IMG/VR virus record: IMGVR_UViG_3300003323_001142
Coordinates: 26,297-90,296 of that record
From: a virus
DNA length: 64,000 nucleotides
Reading direction: 5' to 3' (one strand)
Shown: piece after piece, positions 1-7,596 of the stretch
Numbering within the stretch: position 1 is the first letter of the stretch
Layout: each line of letters starts with the position of its first letter
The notes under the pieces: model-generated
Databases searched by the model: none
What the model was told of the DNA's origin: nothing
What the model saw: only the letters and a program-made list of their open reading frames with translations
Made by a program: the position numbers and the translations under genes

Positions 1-134
1 TAGTTCGCTCTGGCTAGATTGGCGTCCAACTCCTCGATCGCGGCCCACTCCTCGCGCGTCGCGCATCGCAGCTTGTCGCGAAGCTTCGCGCGGTCGTGCG
101 CGGAGAGCGGAGCGGGGGCGTTGTCGTAGGTCAC
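1..134 (-). CDS. Hypothetical protein, partial (runs off left end)
   Basis: GTG at 134 overlaps the TGA of the upstream gene (GTGA); frame open to the window edge (VTYDNAPAPLSAHDRAKLRDKL...). Confidence 0.5.
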   Translation of the reverse strand, partial: MTYDNAPAPLSAHDRAKLRDKLRCATREEWAAIEELDANLARAN

Positions 135-550
135 GGCGCCCCCGGTGGCACCGAAGCCCGCTTTTCCGACTGCACCCCGGTGACCGCGCGCATCGTGCTC
201 ACAGACCCCCGCATCTCCTCGATGGGGCTGTCCCCTCGGTCAACGTCGACGAGCTCGGCCCACGTCGCCGCCGATGCCTCCTCGCCCATGTCGGCCAGCA
301 ACGCCGCGCGCTTCTCCGGGGGCATCCTGGCGAACCCCTCGGCAAGCTTCGCCCGGATGCGGTTCACCTTCTTGGTGCGTGCTCGCCGCTCGAATGGGTT
401 GCATTCGACCATCCGACTCGTACCGCATTCGCAGTTGCGCCACTCGTGGGTGGCGTCTTTCGGGCGAACCGCGAGGCTGTCCTCATTGCAGTAGCCGGCG
501 AACTTCGCATCGGAGAGGCTCCGGCCGCAGGAGCAGCGGGGGGTGGTCAT
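131..550 (-). CDS. Hypothetical protein with CxC pairs (possible Zn-binding)
   Basis: ORF MTTPRCSCG...NCECG; the ATG at 550 overlaps the upstream stop. Confidence 0.6.
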   Translation of the reverse strand: MTTPRCSCGRSLSDAKFAGYCNEDSLAVRPKDATHEWRNCECGTSRMVECNPFERRARTKKVNRIRAKLAEGFARMPPEKRAALLADMGEEASAATWAELVDVDRGDSPIEEMRGSVSTMRAVTGVQSEKRASVPPGAP

Positions 551-870
551 CGGTCCGGCGCCTCCACGCTGTGGCCCTGCCGAGCCCCATCGGTGCATCG
601 ACGGAATGCCGAGCCAGCAAGCAACACAACGAGGAGCGCAATGCCGACCGCAACGCCTACGGCTGCGACTCCGCGCTGTGGATGCGCGAGCTGCTCGTGC
701 TCGTCGTACGTGAAGTTGTCGTCGCTGCGGATCGCGTCGAGATCCGGACGCGTAATGTCATCCGGGTCCGCCTCGGTCGCATCCCGAACGAGCGCGCGAG
801 CCTCCTCACGGGAGAGCACCGCGGTCTCGTCCGGATCAATCGCCTTCGGGTCTTCGGGCCAGGGTTTCAT
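547..870 (-). CDS. Hypothetical single-pass membrane protein
   Basis: MKPWPEDP..., acidic N-terminus then hydrophobic GVAAVGVAVGIALLVVLLAG; ATGA coupling. Confidence 0.65.
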   Translation of the reverse strand: MKPWPEDPKAIDPDETAVLSREEARALVRDATEADPDDITRPDLDAIRSDDNFTYDEHEQLAHPQRGVAAVGVAVGIALLVVLLAGSAFRRCTDGARQGHSVEAPDR

Positions 871-1151
871 GGCTCGGTCCTCTGACACCCGCGGGCGAGC
901 GCTTCGTGGGCGATGCAGGTGAGTTGGATCGTTTTCTCTTTGCCCGGCTGGCCTACGATGACGGCGCACGTCTTGTAGCCGCCGAGCGGATCGGCGCGCC
1001 AATCAGCCGGGTCGGCGCAGGCGCCCGCGAGGAAGTGGTAGCCGTGGTCGGTGGCCCACGCGCGGAGATCGTCCTGTACGGTGTCGCGCTGGCGGCAGTG
1101 CAGGACCGAGGCGGCTGAGAGAGCTAGGGCGGCTAGGAGGAGGCGGGTCAT
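867..1151 (-). CDS. Small secreted protein or lipoprotein
   Basis: Signal-like MTRLLLAALALSAASVLHC; four further Cys. Confidence 0.65.
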   Translation of the reverse strand: MTRLLLAALALSAASVLHCRQRDTVQDDLRAWATDHGYHFLAGACADPADWRADPLGGYKTCAVIVGQPGKEKTIQLTCIAHEALARGCQRTEP

Positions 1152-1387
1152 GCCGCACCCGCCCTCACCGTCGAGAGAATCTCAACGTTCTCGGTCGTCC
1201 ACTCGTCGGCCTCGTAGCGCTGAAAGCAGGTCGTGCCGTCGGGGCGGGTGTAGCGGACGATCACCTCGCCATTGCCGACAACGCCGACGACGCGTCCCAT
1301 CCAATCGGTGTCGGCCGCAGCGGACTTCGGGGCCGTGCGCAGGGCGCGGACGGAGGCGCCGACGATGCGGGGGAGGGAGGCGACCAT
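1148..1387 (-). CDS. Hypothetical protein (SH3-like small beta barrel)
   Basis: Coupled ORF; pattern GASVRAL...WMGRVVGVVGNGEVIVRY. Confidence 0.6.
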   Translation of the reverse strand: MVASLPRIVGASVRALRTAPKSAAADTDWMGRVVGVVGNGEVIVRYTRPDGTTCFQRYEADEWTTENVEILSTVRAGAA

Positions 1388-1653
1388 TACTTCGTCTCCG
1401 GCTTCTGCTCGCGGGCGGCGAGCATGGCGTCGGCCAGTTCATACGCACTATCCGCAGCGACGCTAGCAGACGTTGACCAGTCAGAAGAGAGCAGCCCGGT
1501 CAGCGCCGCCGCTGCGAACTGGTCACGCAGATGTTCGCGTCGCGCCTCAGTTCGAGCCTCTTCTTGGATCTCAGCGATCACTCGGGCACGTTCGTCCAGC
1601 GCCAGCATCCACCAATTGGATGCGACAGCCGCCCACTCTCTCGCCGTTTTCAT
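1387..1653 (-). CDS. Conserved phage hypothetical protein
   Basis: Motif LRDQFAAAALTGLL...AYELADAMLAAR, typical of a widespread small phage family. Confidence 0.75.
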   Translation of the reverse strand: MKTAREWAAVASNWWMLALDERARVIAEIQEEARTEARREHLRDQFAAAALTGLLSSDWSTSASVAADSAYELADAMLAAREQKPETK

Positions 1654-1814
1654 GCCGCCTCCAGCACGACGAAATCTGCGTCGATCACGGTCTTCTCTTT
1701 GGCGAGCGCCTCGCGCGCGTCCTCGGCGACCAACTCGATCCGAGCGGCGACCCGGGCCTGGTGGAGCGCGGTCCAGAAATCGGCGCGCGACGGTTGTTGT
1801 TCTTGGTTGTGCAT
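1650..1814 (-). CDS. Hypothetical protein
   Basis: ATG at 1814 after AGGGAGGG SD; MHNQEQQ...LEAA. Confidence 0.55.
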   Translation of the reverse strand: MHNQEQQPSRADFWTALHQARVAARIELVAEDAREALAKEKTVIDADFVVLEAA

Positions 1815-1848
1815 TGTCGGTAAACCCTCCCTGTTGCTTGAAGCGGAT

Positions 1849-2556
1849 TTATTCGGCGCCAGCTGCGGCGTCGGACTGAATTTCTTCCTTCGGCGGCGCG
1901 TTGGCTCGGAACGTCCAGAAGTCGCCCCATTGCCGCGCTTCCGCGTGACGCTGTGCGGTGATGAATTGTCCGAGCGTCGGCGTCTCGTCTTCAGCGCCGC
2001 CGAGCAACCGAATCCACTTCGGCGCGAGCACGTAGAACAGCTGCCCGGCCGCGATCGCGTCAGCGCCAGCGTCGTGCTCTTTCGCGTTCGCGATGCCGTG
2101 GCGCGCGCACGCGGCGGCAAGCTTGTTGCGCTGCGAGCCGCGGACCCACTTGTCCACGTCGCGGACCATCACGATCGGGTCAAGAAACGGCCATTCCGCC
2201 GGCTCTGTGAACGTCGGAACCTTGAACCGGTCGTACATCGCGTTGAACGCGAGCGGCTGGGCGCCAGCGACGAGGGCCTTGACGCGCTCGGAAGCGAAGA
2301 CCTCTTCGATCGTGGGCTTGCCAACGACCATGTCGTCGGTGATGCCGTGGATCTTGGTCGCTTCTTCGGGGATAGGGCGGAACGGGTTGACGAGAGCGCA
2401 GAAGGAATCGACGAGGGCGCCACGCTCGAAACGGGCGAGGCCGATTTGTACAGCGCGATCTTCGCGGGCGATACCGGTCGTCTCAACGTCGACGGATATT
2501 GTCGGCGCCTCGTTCCAAGGCAGATTGAAGAGCGGGAGCATCTCGTTCGTGCTCAC
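1849..2556 (-). CDS. DEDDh 3'-5' exonuclease (DnaQ/epsilon-like)
   Basis: ExoI VDVETTG, ExoII AFNAMYD, ExoIII HDAGADA. Confidence 0.92.
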   Translation of the reverse strand: MSTNEMLPLFNLPWNEAPTISVDVETTGIAREDRAVQIGLARFERGALVDSFCALVNPFRPIPEEATKIHGITDDMVVGKPTIEEVFASERVKALVAGAQPLAFNAMYDRFKVPTFTEPAEWPFLDPIVMVRDVDKWVRGSQRNKLAAACARHGIANAKEHDAGADAIAAGQLFYVLAPKWIRLLGGAEDETPTLGQFITAQRHAEARQWGDFWTFRANAPPKEEIQSDAAAGAE

Positions 2557-2828
2557 GAGGCCCTCCGCGCGTGGGTAAGGTCAGCCCGAGCCGTCGCCTT
2601 CGACGTTGACCCCGGGAGCCCGTAGCAAACGAAGACGAACGAATCATTGACGCTGGTGACGGTCCCCTCTTCGGCCGGACCGGATGCCGGTCGGTAGACA
2701 ACACGGTCGCCGGGCTGGAATGGCTCCTCCCCGCACACGCACTGCTCCTCGTGGCACTCCTGGCACCGCGGGTCGTGCTCGTCGCCGTAGTAGTCGTCGG
2801 AGCTGGGGGCGGAGAACATCGAGGTCAT
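2553..2828 (-). CDS. Hypothetical protein (CxxC plus SH3/KOW-like domain)
   Basis: CQECHEEQCVC; FQPGDRVVYRP...EGTVTSVNDSFVFVCY. Confidence 0.65.
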   Translation of the reverse strand: MTSMFSAPSSDDYYGDEHDPRCQECHEEQCVCGEEPFQPGDRVVYRPASGPAEEGTVTSVNDSFVFVCYGLPGSTSKATARADLTHARRAS

Positions 2829-3193
2829 CGATTCGCCTCCCCCCAAAACCTCTGCTCTTCGATCATCGCGAGCAGATCGCTCGCGAGCATCCCGTGCATC
2901 TCGGCCACGCTCTCGACCGAGTAGCGGTGGCCGTCGATCTCGAGGCAGGCGATGCCTCCGATGCTATTTTCGACGGCCATCCACTCGCGTCCGGCGCCGT
3001 CTTCATCCTCGAGAACGATCTCGTGTCGGGGCGAACTCGGGCCGATGTTGTCGAGCTCGTATAGCTCGAGCTTGGCGGCCCAGGCTTCGCGGAGGATGGG
3101 GGAGCCGAGGGACTCGGCGAGGGAGAGGTTGCGGCGGGCAACCCGGAGTTCGCTCTCTTGCCCTTCGATCGGTACGCTGGTACAGGATGCCAT
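2825..3193 (-). CDS. Hypothetical protein, first gene of the leftward operon
   Basis: ATG at 3193 with AAAGGA SD, directly downstream of PL. Confidence 0.65.
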   Translation of the reverse strand: MASCTSVPIEGQESELRVARRNLSLAESLGSPILREAWAAKLELYELDNIGPSSPRHEIVLEDEDGAGREWMAVENSIGGIACLEIDGHRYSVESVAEMHGMLASDLLAMIEEQRFWGEANR

Positions 3194-3216
3194 CGGCGCC
3201 GGGTCCTTTCCGAACC

Positions 3217-3245
3217 AAAGTACAAGCGTATTAGTAAACTGGCAA
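3217..3245 (-). promoter_or_regulatory. Leftward early promoter PL with overlapping operator
   Basis: Minus strand TTGCCA-N17-TACTTT in an AT-rich gap; AAGTACAA repeated at 3218 and 3244. Confidence 0.7.
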
Positions 3246-3316
3246 GTACAAAAGCGACGGACGAGTTATTTTTCTCGCCGTCGCTCGGGAACTACGCGGA
3301 ATCGCTTACGTCGAAA

Positions 3317-3799
3317 TCAGCCGACAGGGAGCCGCGGGTATTGTCCCGAGCCTCGGAGCCCAATCATGCGCGCTTCCAGCCACTGCTGCGGAGCGAAGCG
3401 CTGGGCAGCGAGCAGCTCCCCAAGCGTCAGCCGGGCAACCGCGGATTCGGGGGCCGCGAGCTCCACCGCCACCATGGCCACATCACCAGACGTGACGCGG
3501 CGGTCATCGAGCATCAGGCCCGCGAGCGCTCGGTAAAGATTTCCGCCGTATACGCGAGGGTCTTCGTCCCACTGATAGTAGATGCGCCGCCTGCTCGTCT
3601 GGGCTGGCACGCACTCCCCTTGCAAAAGGGGACGCAACTCAAAGCCAAGACGAACAGCCAGCTGGCAAGGGGGGCTGAACGGTGCCAAATCCGCCGTTAC
3701 GTAAGCCCCAGCCACAATCCTTACACGCTCCGCGCGGGAAACTGCCGCTTCGCCGGCCCCCGCCCGTAGCATGCGCACAAGTTCGCGCACATCGGGCAT
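3317..3799 (-). CDS. ImmA/IrrE-like protein lacking the HExxH motif
   Basis: Directly downstream of the XRE repressor; NLYRALAGLML sits where xLAHELxH is expected; VAMVAVELAAP resembles the ANxFAxELLMP helix. Confidence 0.55.
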   Translation of the reverse strand: MPDVRELVRMLRAGAGEAAVSRAERVRIVAGAYVTADLAPFSPPCQLAVRLGFELRPLLQGECVPAQTSRRRIYYQWDEDPRVYGGNLYRALAGLMLDDRRVTSGDVAMVAVELAAPESAVARLTLGELLAAQRFAPQQWLEARMIGLRGSGQYPRLPVG

Positions 3800-3837
3800 C
3801 GGGACAAACCTGTATCATAGACGAAACGATCCGGGGG

Positions 3838-4380
3838 CTATTGTTTCTTTCGCCCGCTTGCTTCTACTGATTTTTTGTGCCGCGGGTCCGTGTCATTCAC
3901 GATGGGTGGATTTGTACCCACGCTCTGCTTGGTGTGCCGCGTGACCGCCTGGGCGATGACATCGTCCGAGCTCATCCGCCAGACCCAGTTCACCACAGCG
4001 GCGATGTCCTCAAGATCGTACTTGGTTTTTGATAGATACGCGGGCGTTTCCCCGGCAAGCATGAGCGCAGCGGGAGGAAAGTTCGTGTACATGGCCCGGA
4101 ACTTGTCCTCGAGCTTCGGCCAGTTGCCAGAATTCCGGTACAGCGGCACCGGCTGGTCGCCGACGAGGTCCACGTAGGAGTGGTAGCCGAGCAGCTTGGC
4201 GACCCGGATAGCCATCGCCACGCCGCATTTGCCGCCGCCCAGCACGAGCGAAATCATCTGCTGAGACACGCCGACCGCGTCCGCGAGCTCCTTCTGCTTC
4301 TCGTACCTCTTATTGAGCTCGCGTAAGGCGTCACGCAGGCGATCTGCTTCTGCGGGGGTCAGCGATTTCGGGGTGGCCAT
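3838..4380 (-). CDS. Phage repressor, XRE-family HTH (cI-like), no S24 peptidase domain
   Basis: KQKELADAVGVSQQMISLVLGG HTH; divergent from a cro-like gene. Confidence 0.85.
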   Translation of the reverse strand: MATPKSLTPAEADRLRDALRELNKRYEKQKELADAVGVSQQMISLVLGGGKCGVAMAIRVAKLLGYHSYVDLVGDQPVPLYRNSGNWPKLEDKFRAMYTNFPPAALMLAGETPAYLSKTKYDLEDIAAVVNWVWRMSSDDVIAQAVTRHTKQSVGTNPPIVNDTDPRHKKSVEASGRKKQ

Positions 4381-4439
4381 GTAGGGAACGTACACGCGGG
4401 GCCCACAAATACGCGGGAACAGTGCGGGCGATTTTAGGC

Positions 4440-4468
4440 TTGCATCGAAACAAATACGGTTGTACAGA
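4440..4468 (+). promoter_or_regulatory. Rightward early promoter PR with overlapping operator
   Basis: TTGCAT-N17-TACAGA; the spacer shares 14/16 nt with PL; opposite-strand TAAAAT at 4431-4436 could serve a PRM-like promoter. Confidence 0.7.
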
Positions 4469-4476
4469 AGAGCACT

Positions 4477-4791
4477 ATGCCGGCCAGGTCGACCAGAAAG
4501 AAGGAGCCGAGAGCGCAAAGGGCGATGAGGGTCGCAGGCGGTCCCAAGCTCGAAGAGTGGCGTAGGGAAAGGGGTTGGTCACAAGACGAACTCGCTACCG
4601 CGCTGACCTGCAGCCAACAGATGGTTTCAGCTCTATGCGGACAGTCGACCACGCCGGGAACGGATCTGGCCACGCGCATCCAGGTGGTCACGCGAGGACG
4701 GGTCAAGGTGCAGGATTGGCTGCCTCCCGAGGAACTCGAGCAAACGCGGGCGGCTGCTCGCCGAGCGCGGTCTGCGGGCCTGGGAGGCTGA
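4477..4791 (+). CDS. Cro-like XRE HTH protein
   Basis: LEEWRRERGWSQDELATALTCSQQMVSAL; ends in VKVQDWL, typical of Cro-like proteins. Confidence 0.85.
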   Translation: MPARSTRKKEPRAQRAMRVAGGPKLEEWRRERGWSQDELATALTCSQQMVSALCGQSTTPGTDLATRIQVVTRGRVKVQDWLPPEELEQTRAAARRARSAGLGG

Positions 4792-4794
4792 CCT

Positions 4795-5547
4795 ATGCGA
4801 ACCCACGGCATGAGCCTGACACGTACCTATAAGTCGTGGGCTTCCGCGAAAAGCCGATGCTTCAATCCGAACGCTGACGGCTGGAGGTTCTACGGTGGCC
4901 GAGGCATCACCATGTGCGTACGGTGGCGCTCGTCTTTCTCCGCGTTCTACGCGGACATGGGGACTCGGCCCCGGCGGACGAGTATCGATCGAATCAACAA
5001 TGACGGCAGCTACACCTGCGGCAAATGCGTTGAGTGCGTAGCGAAGGGGTGGCTCTCGAATTGTCGATGGGCAACTGACGAGGAGCAGATTGCCAACTCT
5101 TCTCACCCAAGAAGAGCGCGACCCGCCCGCGCGCCCAGTCTTGAGCGGAGATCGTACCGCAACTCTGTTAACCGCAGAATCCGGCTCGGTCGCTACCGCG
5201 CGATGTGGGACGAGATCGGCACACTGTACTCGCCGTTCGATGAAGCTCGGATTGAGTACGACATCCGGACGGAGATTGCCAAGCGGCTCGGCTTCGAGCC
5301 ATTCGTGGAGATCCCGAAAGATCTCTCCGCCGACAATTGGCAGGACAGGCCCCTCTTCGATGATCCAACGCCCGGGGCAACGCTGGAAAAGATCGGTGCG
5401 CGGTTCCGGTTCACGCGCGAGCGAGCGCGCCAAATCGAAGCGATTGCTCTCGAGAAGATGCGCAAGCGACTGATTTCGATCGAACCATCGCTCCGCGCCC
5501 GCCGTCCAGTCTCTGCCTGCAAGGTCTCGGCGCGGAGGGCCGCCTAA
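4795..5547 (+). CDS. HNH-like phage endonuclease domain fused to a sigma-70 region 4 HTH
   Basis: THGMS..YKSW..SRCFNP..YGGRGITMC.RW..SF..FYADMG.RP..SIDRINNDG..NCRWAT..EQ; C-terminal TLEKIGARFRFTRERARQIEAIALEKMR. Confidence 0.8.
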   Translation: MRTHGMSLTRTYKSWASAKSRCFNPNADGWRFYGGRGITMCVRWRSSFSAFYADMGTRPRRTSIDRINNDGSYTCGKCVECVAKGWLSNCRWATDEEQIANSSHPRRARPARAPSLERRSYRNSVNRRIRLGRYRAMWDEIGTLYSPFDEARIEYDIRTEIAKRLGFEPFVEIPKDLSADNWQDRPLFDDPTPGATLEKIGARFRFTRERARQIEAIALEKMRKRLISIEPSLRARRPVSACKVSARRAA

Positions 5548-5550
5548 CCC

Positions 5551-6069
5551 ATGCCCCCGCTCCCCACCGCCCACCTGCGCCCACGATTCGGATCCGCCCA
5601 GGACACCCAGTCCGATCGCACCCGCATCCTCTCCGCCCTGGCCGCCGGCCACGTGTCCGCGCTCTCGATCTCCCGCGCAACCGGCATCGAGCGCCGGACC
5701 GTCTACCGCCATCTCCAATCGCTGGAACGCATCGGCCGCGTCGTCTCGCGCCCGAAGGCCACCGCAAGCACCGGCAAGTACCGCCTCTGGGCTATCGCCC
5801 CCGTCGACGCCAGCGACCCCGAGCCCACCGGCCCGCTCCCCATCCCCCGTCGCCTCCTCGCCGTCATCGCGCTCGGTCCCATCACCCGCGACGCGCTCGC
5901 GGATCAGCTCGGCATCTCGTCCGCGATCGTTTTGCTGCACCTGCTCGCTCTTGAGCGGAGTCGAGAGATCGTCTGCCAACCGACCCCCGAAGGGACCGTC
6001 TGGGCGCTCCGTAGGCCCCGGCCGCTTTGGGAGCAGGCGCTGGAGCAGCGCGGAAAGCGCGTGGCGTAG
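5551..6069 (+). CDS. Tandem winged-HTH DNA-binding protein
   Basis: Two repeats: ILSAL..SISRATGIERRTVYRHLQSLE and LLAVI..LADQLGISSAIVLLHLLALE. Confidence 0.75.
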   Translation: MPPLPTAHLRPRFGSAQDTQSDRTRILSALAAGHVSALSISRATGIERRTVYRHLQSLERIGRVVSRPKATASTGKYRLWAIAPVDASDPEPTGPLPIPRRLLAVIALGPITRDALADQLGISSAIVLLHLLALERSREIVCQPTPEGTVWALRRPRPLWEQALEQRGKRVA

Positions 6070-6279
6070 ATGAACCAGCTCCCCTCCTCTCGCATCCGTC
6101 GCGCGCGGCGCCTCGTTGCGCTCCTCCGCGTCGCCGCCGCCCTCGTTTTCGGCTTCGGCCTCGGCATTCTCTTCGGCGGCAAGGACCACCAGGGCACGGG
6201 GATGCTCGTCGTCGATGTCTCCTTCGCGGTGCTCCTGCTGGCCGAGATTGTCCGCGTTCGCGCGATGGGGAGGAGCTGA
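6070..6279 (+). CDS. Small two-TM membrane protein
   Basis: Two hydrophobic segments; abuts the upstream stop. Confidence 0.55.
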   Translation: MNQLPSSRIRRARRLVALLRVAAALVFGFGLGILFGGKDHQGTGMLVVDVSFAVLLLAEIVRVRAMGRS

Positions 6280-6441
6280 ATGCTTGGCCGTTCGACTCTC
6301 CTCACTGTTTCCTACACCGGACTCGCAGCTTGTGTTGTCGCCTGGGCGCGCGGCGACACTGTGCTGGCCGGGATCTTCGCCGTCTGCGCCCTGCTCCTCG
6401 CGATTTCGAGCTCGGCCTTTCCGCGAAAGGAGAAGGCCTGA
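6280..6441 (+). CDS. Small two-TM membrane protein (53 aa, not in ORF track)
   Basis: MLGRSTLLTVSYTGLAACVVAWARGDTVLAGIFAVCALLLAISSSAFPRKEKA; GGAGGAG SD; exactly fills the gap between neighbours. Confidence 0.55.
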   Translation: MLGRSTLLTVSYTGLAACVVAWARGDTVLAGIFAVCALLLAISSSAFPRKEKA

Positions 6442-6717
6442 ATGCAGACCTGCCCCCCTGGCCTCGACGCCGCCCCCGTCGACAACGACGAGCCCCTCTC
6501 GCTGATGTCGCCCGTCTACGCGCACGTGCTCGGCCGCGAGCTCGGCCACTTCGAGGCGATTCTGGAAGCGTGGGACGGCTCCCGTCGGGTCATCACGTTC
6601 CTTCGCCCCGAGAATCTGATCGAGGCAATGCAAGCGCTCAACGAGGCCCGCATTACCTATTCGATGTACCAGCGCGGCGGCTGGGTCTGGTTCCGTCTCG
6701 AGAGGAGGCCCGCATGA
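6442..6717 (+). CDS. Hypothetical protein
   Basis: AGGAG SD; protein-like composition. Confidence 0.65.
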   Translation: MQTCPPGLDAAPVDNDEPLSLMSPVYAHVLGRELGHFEAILEAWDGSRRVITFLRPENLIEAMQALNEARITYSMYQRGGWVWFRLERRPA

Positions 6718-6729
6718 GCTCCGGAAGGA

Positions 6730-6927
6730 GTGTCCGTGCAGGTCAATCGCTACATCGCCGGCTCGTCGTCCGGCGTTCCCCGCGTCGGGCAGAACTGGCA
6801 GGGCTGGATCGAGGCCCCCGACGGGAGCTGGGTTGCGTTCGTCCGGCACCGCGGCGAGACGCTCGTGTTCCTGCACCGCGACATGCGGACGGGGCGCGTC
6901 GTCGAGGCGGCTCCGATCCGGGCCTAG
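6730..6927 (+). CDS. Hypothetical protein
   Basis: GGAAGGA SD then GTG; WQGWIEAPDGSWVAFV. Confidence 0.6.
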   Translation: MSVQVNRYIAGSSSGVPRVGQNWQGWIEAPDGSWVAFVRHRGETLVFLHRDMRTGRVVEAAPIRA

Positions 6928-7112
6928 TGTGCCATCGGGCCGCCGCGCATCTTCACGCGCCAGTCCACGAGCGAGTTGCAATGGGCGCACGGAGGGAACA
7001 CCTCGCCCTGCGTCACGATGAACTCGTTGTGGTGCTGGTTGCGCCGGCAGGTCCCCTCGTAGGCGCCCGTTTTCTCGCAGCTCTCCCCGGTCCCCCACAC
7101 GCCATCGGCCAT
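6924..7112 (-). CDS. YjzC-like Zn-ribbon protein (antisense moron)
   Basis: TGESCEKTGAYEGTC...GEVFPPCAHC...VDW; AAGGAGGGAG SD. Confidence 0.7.
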   Translation of the reverse strand: MADGVWGTGESCEKTGAYEGTCRRNQHHNEFIVTQGEVFPPCAHCNSLVDWRVKMRGGPMAH

Positions 7113-7359
7113 AGCTCGCTCCCTCCTTGGCTGCAATCAGAACACACTGGTCATAACGGGCAACTTTTCGGCGAGGTGGGCCATGCGTAGGGGCGAGGCG
7201 TTGGCCGCTGTGGTCGCAGGCCCCGGGATAGCTCGGGCGCGGGAGCGCGGCACCGCCGCTGGGACTTGGGCCACCGTCGTCCGGGTCGGTGGGGGGCATG
7301 AGCACGAGGCGGAGGATTCTGGCTGTGGTCGTCTGCATGGGGAGATTGGTGCGGATGGA

Positions 7360-7596
7360 TTGGCGAAGACACAACCACCCTCGCCCCTATCTGCGTCAAC
7401 TGAAAGCCCGCGCCGTGCATTGGCGAAACTACGTTCGCTTGTTCAGTCCGGGGAGCTGACATGCGGTCAGCTAGCGCTTCGGTGGGGTTGCTCGCGGCAA
7501 CGGGCTTGGCACCTGGTCTTTCGCGATAGCGGGCCCGGCGACGAGCGGCTGGCGGATTTGCCGGAGCGGACGCGGCGACGATTGGAGGCTGCTTGA
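7360..7596 (+). CDS. Small HTH protein (start uncertain; ORF open from 7183)
   Basis: LRSLVQSGELTCGQLALRWGCSRQRAWHLV; TTGA overlap with the ligase start. Confidence 0.55.
   Translation: MAKTQPPSPLSASTESPRRALAKLRSLVQSGELTCGQLALRWGCSRQRAWHLVFRDSGPGDERLADLPERTRRRLEAA

Noticed and set aside
4633-7374. 913-aa minus-strand ORF
   Set aside because: Antisense shadow across seven well-supported plus-strand genes; Arg/Gly/Pro-rich with no recognisable motifs, as expected in high-GC DNA
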